Shown here piece by piece: positions 44,312 to 54,033 of a DNA stretch of 64,000 bases. The translations under genes were made by a program, and so were the position numbers. The notes beneath the pieces were generated by a model. It was not told the DNA's origin, ran no database searches, and saw only the letters and a list, made by a program, of their open reading frames with translations. The stretch covers positions 1 through 64,000 of the IMG/VR virus record IMGVR_UViG_3300033149_007571, one strand, 5' to 3'. The stretch comes from a virus. How positions within the stretch are numbered: position 1 is the first letter of the stretch; the number at the start of each line of letters is the position of its first letter.

Positions 44312-45377
44312 CGACCTCAAATCGCAGTATGATCCAGCGGAAGAGGTCAAGCATCTTCGGGGAGAGATTGCCAAGCTGGAGAGAGATCACGAAGCATACA
44401 CGAAAGAGCATGGGCGTCTGTCCATCTTGTTCGATGATTTGCGTCGTTCTATCGAAGAACTAGATCCTCCTGAGATTGACTACAAACCTCCGAAACGTAG
44501 TACGGTAACATCTCCCGTCGTTCATGTTTCACACATGACTGATTGGCATTTGGGGGCGATTCAGAACCCAGAGGAAGTCGAGGGGTTCCGCGAGTTCAAT
44601 CCTGAAGTGCTCGAGTTGGAGATGGTGAATTGTGAATTGAGTCAGTTACAGTGGTGTGAGCTACATCGGAAAAATTACACAATCAACGAACGGAGGAATA
44701 TCGTTACGGGAGATCTAATCAGCGGAGGCATCCACGACGAGTTGTTATGGACGAATGCGTATCCCGAACCTGTTCAGGCAGTCCGAGCGGGGGAATTGTT
44801 AGCAAAACTGGTGGCTATGCAATCTCCTCACTACCAGAAGGTGATTGTCGATTTCATTACCGAGGATAACCATGCTCGGCTAACGAAGAAACCGCAGGCG
44901 ACCGAGGCTGGTTTGAACACTTGGAATTATGTTATTGGGTTCTATGCAAAGGAACGTCTGAAGTCATTTGGTAATGTGGAGTTTAATATCTATCCACAAC
45001 TGCAGAAGGTCATCAAAGTAGCAAACCGGCAGTACCTTATCACGCATGGACATCATGTTCGGGGTTGGGCTGGCTTTCCATATTATGGGATCGAGAGGAA
45101 AGCCGGTCGTGAGGCAATGCGTCGCATGAGACGAGTCGTGGAATCTCAGTATGATGTAGAAAAGGCAATCGGGTCACTCTTCCATAAGATTATTATGGGT
45201 CATTGGCACGCCCCTCTTGCTCATCCGTGGTATTGGATTGGAGGATCAGCCAGTGGTACGACAGCATATGATCACAAGGAAGGCAGAGAGGCACAACCTA
45301 TACAATGTGCTTGGATGGTGCATCCAAAGTGGGGTGAGTTTGATCGAACCGAGTGGCTTCTGACGTCGAAAAAGTAG
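44253..45377 (+). CDS. Calcineurin-like metallophosphoesterase
   Basis: TDWHLG, GDLISG, DNHAR, THGH, MGHWH. Confidence 0.85.
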   Translation: MTKTQKEEAQVRRKPGTSLSDLKSQYDPAEEVKHLRGEIAKLERDHEAYTKEHGRLSILFDDLRRSIEELDPPEIDYKPPKRSTVTSPVVHVSHMTDWHLGAIQNPEEVEGFREFNPEVLELEMVNCELSQLQWCELHRKNYTINERRNIVTGDLISGGIHDELLWTNAYPEPVQAVRAGELLAKLVAMQSPHYQKVIVDFITEDNHARLTKKPQATEAGLNTWNYVIGFYAKERLKSFGNVEFNIYPQLQKVIKVANRQYLITHGHHVRGWAGFPYYGIERKAGREAMRRMRRVVESQYDVEKAIGSLFHKIIMGHWHAPLAHPWYWIGGSASGTTAYDHKEGREAQPIQCAWMVHPKWGEFDRTEWLLTSKK

Positions 45378-45459
45378 ATGGCAAATGAAGATCGTTTTGG
45401 GTGGATTCCTATCTGGGAATCTTATACAATGTCCATTATGAGTAGAGAGGAGAACCGAG

Positions 45460-45879
45460 ATGGGTAGACAGATGTTATCAGAACGGGAAGCCGTAAACGA
45501 CGTGCGGGTGGCTATTAATGAGGTTCTTGGAGGAAGGTGGATGATTGCGGTGTGGAAGGTTGATGATTCGATCAAGTCAAACGAGCCACCGAAGTTGTCA
45601 TTGGTAAGGAGGACTTGTTGGAAGATGCCGATGGATTTATTTGATGTTGCTGTGGGTCAATTGGCTAGGAGCATTGCAGAGGAAACCCTTCACAATTCCC
45701 AATTTGATAATCCCCTTCCTCCTGCTCCTCTGCAGATTGCGGACTTTTTGAAGGAGGATGAGGATGAAGCCAGTGAGAAGTTACGATATGAAACGGGTCC
45801 GCTCCGAGGGGGTTCGGCAGATAAGCAGAGTATGGACAGTGCGTTTCGGGAGAGAGCCAGATTGGACGAGAAATTATGA
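45460..45879 (+). CDS. Hypothetical protein
   Basis: RBS GAGGAG. Confidence 0.65.
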   Translation: MGRQMLSEREAVNDVRVAINEVLGGRWMIAVWKVDDSIKSNEPPKLSLVRRTCWKMPMDLFDVAVGQLARSIAEETLHNSQFDNPLPPAPLQIADFLKEDEDEASEKLRYETGPLRGGSADKQSMDSAFRERARLDEKL

Positions 45880-46271
45880 TTGCAACGATCTGTCGATTGC
45901 TGAATCCTCGCTCGAAGGCGGTGCAAATGGCTGACCGAGCATCTGCCCGGTTGGTTGAAGCTCGCAAGCGTTTACAACATGATCTGAATCAGATCCGGAG
46001 GGTAGAAAAGAAAGCATCAGCGATTTTAGAAAGAATCTTGAGTATTGCCGAAACCTTGAGCGAGGATGTTGATTTGAGCCAACGACGGTTAGCTCAAGCG
46101 GAGAAGGCTCTTGAGGCGCTTCGTTCCGAACATGATGTTGATGCCGACGTTGTGATTCCTGCTCTTCAATCTCGGTTTCGTGAAATCCAGGCAACCAGTG
46201 AAGCCAAAATTGCTGAGTCAAACTATAGGCGAGCAGCAGCCACACCAAAAACTGTTGAGCGAGATATCTGA
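45876..46271 (+). CDS. Hypothetical coiled-coil protein
   Basis: Overlaps the portal start. Confidence 0.65.
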   Translation: MIATICRLLNPRSKAVQMADRASARLVEARKRLQHDLNQIRRVEKKASAILERILSIAETLSEDVDLSQRRLAQAEKALEALRSEHDVDADVVIPALQSRFREIQATSEAKIAESNYRRAAATPKTVERDI

Positions 46272-47950
46272 TGTCACAGGCACTAATGAAGGCTATCAGA
46301 CGGAGTGAGATGGTAGCTAGAGAAGCGTTCGAGTCTGCCGTGCGTCGCAAGGCGGTTGGTGGGTTGGATTTTATATCCACCGGTTCGATTGGTGGGTTCA
46401 GTGATTGGCGAAAGCAGCAGGTATACTCCGAGCGTTATAATTTGATGCGGGGTTGGGTGTATGCTGCTATCAATATTCTGGCGTCTGAAGCTGCTGGTCA
46501 ATCTCCGATGGTGGCAAAGTTGAAAGGGGTTTCTACTAATAAACCCCAAGGGAAAAAAGCCTACTTCCATCGTCGGATGACGAAGACTGCCCGAGCGAAG
46601 ACTGCAAGCGTCGAGTATGAGGTTTTGGAAGATCATTGGATCAAGGATCTTCTCGATCAACCAAATCCAGTACAGAACAAGTGGCAATTCGTTTATTCCT
46701 TTGTGGCCAACTTGTGTTTGACAGGTTGGTCGTATGTGGTGATTGGAAAGCACAAGAAGAAATTGGAGATGTACTGTCTGCCGACGACTTGGTGTAAACC
46801 CATTCATGATCCTGTTCCGTTTGCTATGCTGAAAGTGAAGAATCCGAGAAAAGTGGGAACGGAACCAGCTATTTTGAAACGTGAACAATTTGGGTTTGCT
46901 CATTTGCCTAATCCGTCCGATCCGTTGAGTGCATTGGCTCCTGCTGCGGCTCAGATAATGGCCATTCGGATTGATGATCACATTCAAACAAGTCAGGAAG
47001 CATTCTTTCGCAATGGCATCTTTCCATCGGTGATTATTACAGTTGGCAAATCTCCATATGTAGATTCCGAAGGCCGACCTGTGTTGACGGGATCTCAACG
47101 ACGTCAAATCTTTAGTGCGGTGAAGAAAGTTTGGGGTGGCGTTGCCAACTATGGCAATCCTGCTATTGTTGACGGGTTGATTGAAAAGATCGATCGCTTG
47201 TCAGCAACACAAAACGAGATGGGTTGGCAACGATCCGAGGACAAGGTGAGAACTCGGATACTCTCGGCATTTGGTATCCATCCTTACATTCTTGGGGAAT
47301 CTGTTTCTGTTGGTGGTTATGCTCAAGTAGCAAACATCGAAAAGCGCTTTTACAAGCGGGTGAATACCCTGCTCGATATGCTCTCTGTGTTGTTGACGAA
47401 TTTATTGGGTGGTTTGGATAAGAAGGAGCGGTTGCTGATTTGGTATGAGGAGTGTGAAGTGTCTGATCCTCAACTTCGTCAGCAATTGCTCATAACGATG
47501 CGCAAGAACAATGACATTACCCAAAACGAGATGAGGGCCGAGGTGGGTTTCCCTCCCGACGAGGATGACAACGAGGCTGAAATCCCGCCCGTGATGTTGC
47601 AGGGAATTAGCACGATACTGGGATTATTAGGCAGCGGTCGGGTCCAGAAGGAGCAGGCTGTTGCTTTGCTTGAAGGATTAGGTCTGTCGAAAGACAGAGC
47701 CGAGGGTATTGCGGGTGTTGGTTTGGCTGAGCCTAAACCTTCAGCTCCACCTAAGCCCCCTCTGAAACCGCCGCAAGGCAGTGAGGAGGGCGAGTCATCT
47801 GAGGAAGGAGGGGAGGGAGAAGAAGGCAAAATTGAAGAAGCAATGGAAGAGTTGAAGCGAGCCAATGGACTATTGGAGAAGGTTATGTCTCCCGATTTGA
47901 TAGCTGAAGAGATTCTGGAGAGCATAGGACACGAGTGTTTGGAAGAATAA
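46271..47950 (+). CDS. Portal protein (HK97 family)
   Basis: WVYAAI..LA, LLDQPNP.Q, LTGWSY, FFRNG..P, RILSAFGIHP..LG, ITQNEMR..GFPP. Confidence 0.93.
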   Translation: MSQALMKAIRRSEMVAREAFESAVRRKAVGGLDFISTGSIGGFSDWRKQQVYSERYNLMRGWVYAAINILASEAAGQSPMVAKLKGVSTNKPQGKKAYFHRRMTKTARAKTASVEYEVLEDHWIKDLLDQPNPVQNKWQFVYSFVANLCLTGWSYVVIGKHKKKLEMYCLPTTWCKPIHDPVPFAMLKVKNPRKVGTEPAILKREQFGFAHLPNPSDPLSALAPAAAQIMAIRIDDHIQTSQEAFFRNGIFPSVIITVGKSPYVDSEGRPVLTGSQRRQIFSAVKKVWGGVANYGNPAIVDGLIEKIDRLSATQNEMGWQRSEDKVRTRILSAFGIHPYILGESVSVGGYAQVANIEKRFYKRVNTLLDMLSVLLTNLLGGLDKKERLLIWYEECEVSDPQLRQQLLITMRKNNDITQNEMRAEVGFPPDEDDNEAEIPPVMLQGISTILGLLGSGRVQKEQAVALLEGLGLSKDRAEGIAGVGLAEPKPSAPPKPPLKPPQGSEEGESSEEGGEGEEGKIEEAMEELKRANGLLEKVMSPDLIAEEILESIGHECLEE

Positions 47951-49654
47951 ATGCTGAAGACACTTTCTAGTGATAAAGCGATCCTTTCCATTCTTCGTAC
48001 CGCGACGAAAGAAGTCCAGGAGAAGCAGAGATCGGTCCGAGCCAAGAACATTCGTCTTATTCATAAGGCTTTGGCCGTTCGTCAGTTTACCAAGGCAGAG
48101 AAGGAGTTGACGGAAGCTCTAATCCCCTTCTTCGTTGAACAGGGACGTTCGATGGTTGATCGATTGAAAAAGTTGGAAGTGAGTTCGACAAAAACTGTTG
48201 CTCCTTCTCTTGATTCTGCTCATGCTCTTGCATCATTGATTTTTGATCCGAAGGAGTGGAGAGAAAAGCTAACGAATCGATTGTTGCCGGTCATGGCTCA
48301 AAAGATGGCCGAGGCAGGGGTTGCTCACTTGATGGCTTTGGGTATTGATGTGCGGAAAAAGGATCGGAAAGGTTTGAAGCATCTTCCTGGCCGACACGAT
48401 CAAAGTAGTCATGGAAGAGGAGGAGGAGGGGATCGTGCTCCTCGGGATTTGTCTTGGAATGATGTCGAATTGGTGCCTCATAGTAAGTGGAGAGAAACGA
48501 AGGCTACTACCGCATCCGAGTGGGTAGATGAGCATATGGAAAGTTGGGAATCGTTACTTGCAGCCTATGAAGCATCTGGTCTGCCTCTTGGTTTGCTGAA
48601 TGAGATTCCTAGATGGATGTTGGAATCTATAGCTGAGCAGTTGATTGAAAGTTTCGATCAGGATTATTGGGATGCGGTTTCCCAAACAACGATGGGAGAT
48701 GCCGAGAAGGTATTGTCGAAAGGGTTGTCCGAAGGTTGGTCAATTCACAGGATGGGAATGGAATTGCGCCAATATTTCGAGGGAGGTGGGTTTCGATATG
48801 CACGGCGGCGAGCCGAAAACATTGCGATGACGGAGTCTGCCAATGCTTTGAATGGAGCTCGCAAGGAGTCGGTGGTTCAATTGCAACAAGAGTTGGGTCC
48901 GCGGGTTCCGATCAAACAGGTGTGGTTGTCCGTTTTGAGTAACACGACTCGGGCTTCACACGCCATGTTGGATCAAGTGCCTGAGGATGAGAACGGGTTG
49001 TGGAATTTGTCAGGCTATATGATTCCGTGGCCAGGTCATATAAGTTTGCCTCCTGGTGAACGCTGTTGGTGTTATTGTACTGTATCTATCGAGTTCGGAA
49101 TGAATGCGACCGAAGCTCAAAGCATAATCGATGAGTATTGGCAACGAGTACAAGAGTGGGAGTCAAAGGGGTATGTTTGGCTTTGGGTGAAACACCTCCC
49201 TGGTCGGCATGACCAGAGCAGTCATGGTCGGGGAGGGGGCAGAAGAGCGAGAGCCTTACGTACCCATAAGCCAAGTACGGTAGAGAAACAGCGAAGGGCC
49301 AAAACTGAGCAAGCTCGGTTGGCAAAGTTGATCGGTGGGATGAACACTGACAATAATGATGCATTTGATGTTTTACTTCAAGGGCATGCGATCGAGGTTA
49401 AATGTGTGATGGATAACAATAACGACAAGATCACGATGCATCCTAAATCCCGTCGGCGGAAGGAATCTTATGCGAGGAAAAATGGAATGCAACCCCATAC
49501 AGTTGCTATCGACATTCGACGAGGGCAACGGGCGTTTTACTACAGGAAGGGTATTGGTTCGTTTCGACTGCGAAACATGAAAAAGGTGACGATAACCGAG
49601 CTAGAGGCAATAGTAGCGGGAAAATCAGTAGTTCCTTCTGGAGTGGTATACTGA
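47951..49654 (+). CDS. MuF/SPP1 gp7-like head morphogenesis protein with C-terminal PD-(D/E)XK nuclease-like extension
   Basis: RAENIAMTE, KQVW...TRASHA, PG..LPPGERCWCYC (MuF); two HLPGRHDQSSHGR tags; FD..IEVK in the basic C-terminal domain. Confidence 0.85.
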   Translation: MLKTLSSDKAILSILRTATKEVQEKQRSVRAKNIRLIHKALAVRQFTKAEKELTEALIPFFVEQGRSMVDRLKKLEVSSTKTVAPSLDSAHALASLIFDPKEWREKLTNRLLPVMAQKMAEAGVAHLMALGIDVRKKDRKGLKHLPGRHDQSSHGRGGGGDRAPRDLSWNDVELVPHSKWRETKATTASEWVDEHMESWESLLAAYEASGLPLGLLNEIPRWMLESIAEQLIESFDQDYWDAVSQTTMGDAEKVLSKGLSEGWSIHRMGMELRQYFEGGGFRYARRRAENIAMTESANALNGARKESVVQLQQELGPRVPIKQVWLSVLSNTTRASHAMLDQVPEDENGLWNLSGYMIPWPGHISLPPGERCWCYCTVSIEFGMNATEAQSIIDEYWQRVQEWESKGYVWLWVKHLPGRHDQSSHGRGGGRRARALRTHKPSTVEKQRRAKTEQARLAKLIGGMNTDNNDAFDVLLQGHAIEVKCVMDNNNDKITMHPKSRRRKESYARKNGMQPHTVAIDIRRGQRAFYYRKGIGSFRLRNMKKVTITELEAIVAGKSVVPSGVVY

Positions 49655-50751
49655 TGGGCTATTGGTTAGAAGATGCTGATGAACGATGGTTGGGAGACTT
49701 TGCTACGAACAAGGGTATTATGGATATGCGTCGTGATGGTCCTGATTCGTTGATAGAGTTCCTCGATATGGGAGAGGCTGACGATGACCTGATCGAGAAG
49801 ATCATAGCAGATGTGGAGAAGTCCAAGATTTTGGAGTATATTGCCAAAATGCTTCAGGGAGTGAAAGCCCCGGTTTTTGTCACGGATGGTTGTGGTGAGG
49901 TCGAGGGGGGTGTGAAGCATCTTCCTGGCCAACACGATCAGAGTACTCATGGAAGGGGAAAAAGACGAGGGACTTTGTCTGAAACATTGGAGGTTGTGAA
50001 GAAGGGAACAGGATACGACGAAAAGACAATTAGAGATGCAATGACTGGCGATTGTTCAGCGAACAATCCGGCTCGTGCGAAGGTGAGAGCAAAGGTGGTA
50101 GGGGCTATTTACGCTAGTGGAACTATGCAGAAGGATGCTGTAATGGATGTTCTCGATGGCGATAGTTTCGCGGCGAAGAAGAGATTGATAGAGAAGAAGA
50201 CCATAGGAAATAAAAACGAGGCAGTCAAAGAGTTGGCAACTGTTCCAGAGTACGATCTGCACGTGGTGGGGAAGATCATTGTGATGGACCATCCTATGCT
50301 GGGCGAGGCTATGTGTGACATGGCAACGAGAGATCTGACAATGGGTGCTAATACGCGATCAGGCTCGTACCGTCATGAGTTAGGCCACGCTGTGAGGTCT
50401 GCGATGGGTGGTGATTCCTATCTGAGCAAACGGGTGATAACGAGAGCAGTGAATAAAGAGTATGGGAAGGTCGAAAAGAGAATTGCCAAGAATCCCGCAG
50501 GTGTGGAGAAGAAACTAAGTCACGAGTGGTATGAGAAAAACTATGGGGTTGCGGGTAGGAGATCGCTTGATCATTGGGAAGAGAATTTTGCTGAGCATTA
50601 TCGTTTGTATCATCGAGAAATATACAGAGATCGGCATGAAGGTGGGGGTGGTAAGCATCTAGCTCAGTATCGAGAACGTCATTCGGGAATGGCAAAGATA
50701 TTTGATGCTTGGTACACAGGAGCATTACTCGGGAGAGAACTATCTAAGTAG
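49654..50751 (+). CDS. Tagged zincin metallopeptidase (acidic N-domain, HLPGQHDQSTHGR tag, HExxH domain)
   Basis: RHELGHA and EENFAEHY resemble lethal-factor-type zincins. Confidence 0.72.
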   Translation: MGYWLEDADERWLGDFATNKGIMDMRRDGPDSLIEFLDMGEADDDLIEKIIADVEKSKILEYIAKMLQGVKAPVFVTDGCGEVEGGVKHLPGQHDQSTHGRGKRRGTLSETLEVVKKGTGYDEKTIRDAMTGDCSANNPARAKVRAKVVGAIYASGTMQKDAVMDVLDGDSFAAKKRLIEKKTIGNKNEAVKELATVPEYDLHVVGKIIVMDHPMLGEAMCDMATRDLTMGANTRSGSYRHELGHAVRSAMGGDSYLSKRVITRAVNKEYGKVEKRIAKNPAGVEKKLSHEWYEKNYGVAGRRSLDHWEENFAEHYRLYHREIYRDRHEGGGGKHLAQYRERHSGMAKIFDAWYTGALLGRELSK

Positions 50752-50764
50752 CGAAGGGTGTGGA

Positions 50765-53305
50765 ATGGCGATTGGTATTTTCAATAAGCATATCTTGGTT
50801 GGGGTAGAAGAGAACGGAGAGATCCGTCCCGAAGACAACGGGTTCGGTAAGAAGTTAGATAGTTGGTTGAAAAATGGAGTTCCTGGGTTAGTCTCGTCGA
50901 TGAGAGGAGATAAGATCATAGAAAAGGAGAGGACGATAGCGACCGATCATCCTTTGTTCGGTTTGGCGTTATTAGAACATTTCGAGCGTATCGGTTGGGA
51001 GGTGAAGGAGATCAAAGGTGATGGGAGAGGTACGAAGCACCTCGTTCATGATCAGAGTACACACGGTAGGAAGATGGGCGCTCACCCAGGTTGGCCAGTA
51101 ACCGAGACTGTGGACACGACGAAATGGCCAGCTCATAATGTGGCGGCTAAATATGCGGCTAAGAAAATTGCGAAAATCGAGAAGGCTGCAGCAGAAGGTG
51201 ATTGGGATTTTGTTCTTTCTGTTCACATCAAATCGAAAGTGCCTAACTCGTATCAGAAGGGGATTCTGAAGGCCAAAGAGGTTGTATTAGCAAAACATCA
51301 GAAGAAGTCGGCAACTCAGCCAAAGGCCGACGGATTGAAGTACGAAGGCAAATACGTTAATGCCGACGGATGGAAGAAAGTGTCGGGGAAGCTCGGTACG
51401 CAGGAGGGTGGAAAGTTTGTGGCAGACGATGGCAAGACATACTATGTCAAGTTCCCGAGTGATCCAAAGATAGCAGTCAATGAATTGATTACAAATAAGT
51501 TGTATGAAGCAGCAGGATCTCCTGTGGCAAAGGCCCACCTCGTTAAGAGGAATGGCGAGGTCGGTTTTGCTTCTGAGTGGATATCAGATGCACAGAAAGC
51601 TAAATGGGGCACCCATGAGCATAGGGATTTGGCGGCCCAGGATTTTGCCACTCACGCTTGGTTAGCGAATTGGGATTGCGTTGGTCATGTTTCCGAGATG
51701 GATAACATTCGTGTTGTTGGGAGTGGTCCGAATGCAAAAGCATTGACGGTAGATGTTGGCGGAGGAATGTTCTATAGAGCGCAGGGGGCTGAGAAGACGT
51801 TTGGCGCCAAGGTAGCGGAGTGGGACACCTTGAGGGATCAGTCCATTAATCCGTCTGGTGCTAAAGTTTTTGGTAACATGACAAAGCAGCAGTTACTAGC
51901 TAGCGCTCAGAAGGTGACCAACGTTAGCGATGAAGTCATCGACGGGATTTGCCAGAAGTATGGAGGGATGCATGGGTTGAAGACGCCTGCTACGTTGGCG
52001 ACTCGATTGAAGAAGAGGCGTGATGCTATTGAAGATAGGATGCTCAATTTAATGGGTTCTGCATCTCCCAAGAAAGTGCCCAAGCCCAAACCCGGACTCG
52101 TTCAAACGCCTGAAGGGAAGTTGGCAAAATCCGTTCCGATTGGACCAACTGTTAAATCTCCTCCAACGATCAATTCGAAGTATAACGGACCTATCTATCA
52201 GCCTAAATTCAACAAGCTCCACGAATTGGCATCGCAAGGGAAGTGGGATGAGGTTGCTAATTTCAAGACTAACCCAAACGCGAAACAGTGCTATGCTAAG
52301 AAGCTGCATCAATACAAGCAAGATCTGTTACAAGCTGCTGGTCAGGGTGGAAAGGTTGAAAAGGCGACGACCCCTGTAAAATCTAAGTATGGGAAAGCCC
52401 CGAAAATAGACACTAGTCTATTTCCGGAAGAACCTGTCTTTGTCTCAAAAGATCAAGCTCATATTGCTCAAAACAAAGCTGCGGTGAAGACGGCATTGAA
52501 GTATGCCAAGGCTGGGGACGTTGATGCTTTGAAAGGGATGGAGTTGCCTCCAAGTCCAAAGTTGAAAGCATTCCACGAAGATTTAGTTATGAGTCTCTCG
52601 TCTCAGCTTCACCCATCTCCTCCAGCGAAGAAACTTAGTAAATCGTTAGCGAAGATTGACAAGTTGGCTGCTCCTATTGTGGGATCGAAGGGGAGGAGCC
52701 ATCAGTCAAAAGTGGGTAAGTATCTTGTGCTTGGGGAAGCAAATCCGGTACCATCGAGTCTGAAAGTGGTGGAGGGTGAATGGCTAGAGCCTTCTTGGTC
52801 AGCAGGGAAGAGTTCGTATAACAAGCTGTCTGATGCCGAACGAGATGCTGTCGTGGATTACACAGGAGGTGGTTATGATTCTATGAACAAGAGACTTCGC
52901 GGTCATGGAAAGTTGCAAGCACACGATTTGAATGCTGCTAGGGGAGTGACCAAGGCTGCTATTGATCTGACGCCTGGTAAGTTGCTAAGTCGCAAGCACA
53001 ACCTTAGTCCAAAGAGTGCAAAAGCCTTACTAAAATCGGTGGGGAAAGTGATTCAGGATAGGGGGATCGTCAGTACATCCACAAGTCCGTATGTTTGGTC
53101 AGGGAATGTTGTTTGGAAGTTGAAAGTTGGTCCTGGTGTGAAAGGATTGCCTTCTAGACTCTTTAGTGACAACGCACCCGAAGATGAGGTAATCCTTCCG
53201 CCAAATACGAGATATTTGGTGACGAAGGCTAAAGAGAAAGATGGAATATACCATATGGAAGGAGTGATTCTTCCCTTCCATCCTTCACAATGTTGTCCTC
53301 CATAG
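50765..53305 (+). CDS. Tagged kinase-like plus ADP-ribosyltransferase protein
   Basis: HLVHDQSTHGR tag; G-rich loop, YYVK, NE...NKLY, WLANWD, DNI, VDVG (PI3K/HipA-like); YTGGGY..MN..LR, SR, STS, EDEVILPPNT (VIP2-type R-S-E ART). Confidence 0.82.
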   Translation: MAIGIFNKHILVGVEENGEIRPEDNGFGKKLDSWLKNGVPGLVSSMRGDKIIEKERTIATDHPLFGLALLEHFERIGWEVKEIKGDGRGTKHLVHDQSTHGRKMGAHPGWPVTETVDTTKWPAHNVAAKYAAKKIAKIEKAAAEGDWDFVLSVHIKSKVPNSYQKGILKAKEVVLAKHQKKSATQPKADGLKYEGKYVNADGWKKVSGKLGTQEGGKFVADDGKTYYVKFPSDPKIAVNELITNKLYEAAGSPVAKAHLVKRNGEVGFASEWISDAQKAKWGTHEHRDLAAQDFATHAWLANWDCVGHVSEMDNIRVVGSGPNAKALTVDVGGGMFYRAQGAEKTFGAKVAEWDTLRDQSINPSGAKVFGNMTKQQLLASAQKVTNVSDEVIDGICQKYGGMHGLKTPATLATRLKKRRDAIEDRMLNLMGSASPKKVPKPKPGLVQTPEGKLAKSVPIGPTVKSPPTINSKYNGPIYQPKFNKLHELASQGKWDEVANFKTNPNAKQCYAKKLHQYKQDLLQAAGQGGKVEKATTPVKSKYGKAPKIDTSLFPEEPVFVSKDQAHIAQNKAAVKTALKYAKAGDVDALKGMELPPSPKLKAFHEDLVMSLSSQLHPSPPAKKLSKSLAKIDKLAAPIVGSKGRSHQSKVGKYLVLGEANPVPSSLKVVEGEWLEPSWSAGKSSYNKLSDAERDAVVDYTGGGYDSMNKRLRGHGKLQAHDLNAARGVTKAAIDLTPGKLLSRKHNLSPKSAKALLKSVGKVIQDRGIVSTSTSPYVWSGNVVWKLKVGPGVKGLPSRLFSDNAPEDEVILPPNTRYLVTKAKEKDGIYHMEGVILPFHPSQCCPP

Positions 53306-53314
53306 GAGAGCGTT

Positions 53315-53833
53315 ATGGCAAACGAGCAATCAGGTGTACGGGATATGGGAAGTGAGTTCCTGTTTGTGGAAGCACTCAAATCCATTCAGGAGAACGAGCA
53401 GAGGGGATGGCTTGGCGATAAATACGTTGTCGAATCGATCTTACGGAATGCTTTGTTCCAAGTGCTTGATGGGCTTCCCCAACTAGCCGAGAAGGGTATG
53501 AAGGTAAGTGACTTCGCTTACAGGGTTGGAGCGAGGGAGATGAGAGTATTTCTGAGAGAGAACTCTCAAGGGCATAAGGGTGTGAGGGGGTGGAATGTAC
53601 CAGGAGGTGTTGATGTTTTTGCTGCTAAATGGGTAGGCGTTGATGCCGATCGTCCTATCGAAAGGCTGATCGGAGTGTTCCTGGAGATGGTGAGTGAGGC
53701 TTTGGAAATTGAGAATCAAGCCCAAAACGGCGAGTCGGCAGAGCAATGGATGTGGCAAGTTGATGAGTTGTTGGAAAGATATGCTTTCATTTTAATTGGG
53801 ATCTCTCCGGCAGATCAGGTTGTTTTGCTATGA
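53315..53833 (+). CDS. Acidic helical protein (candidate immunity protein)
   Basis: 172 aa, immediately after the ART domain, RBS AGGAG. Confidence 0.6.
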   Translation: MANEQSGVRDMGSEFLFVEALKSIQENEQRGWLGDKYVVESILRNALFQVLDGLPQLAEKGMKVSDFAYRVGAREMRVFLRENSQGHKGVRGWNVPGGVDVFAAKWVGVDADRPIERLIGVFLEMVSEALEIENQAQNGESAEQWMWQVDELLERYAFILIGISPADQVVLL

Positions 53834-54033
53834 TTGACGAGATTGACAGTATCTTCTCTAAGGAGAGGGATCGGGTAATCCGATCGGTTTTGCAGAGTAA
53901 AGCTAAGCGCAACAAGCCGTGTCCTTGTGGGTCTGGTATGAAGTTCAAACATTGTTGTTTGAGAAAGATTCGAGATGAGCAGAACCAACGGACGAGGAGA
54001 TCTCCGTCACGGGGATCGTCTATTACCAAGTAG
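53830..54033 (+). CDS. SEC-C motif protein
   Basis: RNKPCPCGSGMKFKHCC. Confidence 0.85.
   Translation: MIDEIDSIFSKERDRVIRSVLQSKAKRNKPCPCGSGMKFKHCCLRKIRDEQNQRTRRSPSRGSSITK

Noticed and set aside
43336-45377. 2-aminoadenine (Z-base) or 7-deazaguanine DNA modification system
   Set aside because: HD hydrolase present but no PurZ, QueC/D, FolE or DpdA recognised; the radical SAM lacks that context here
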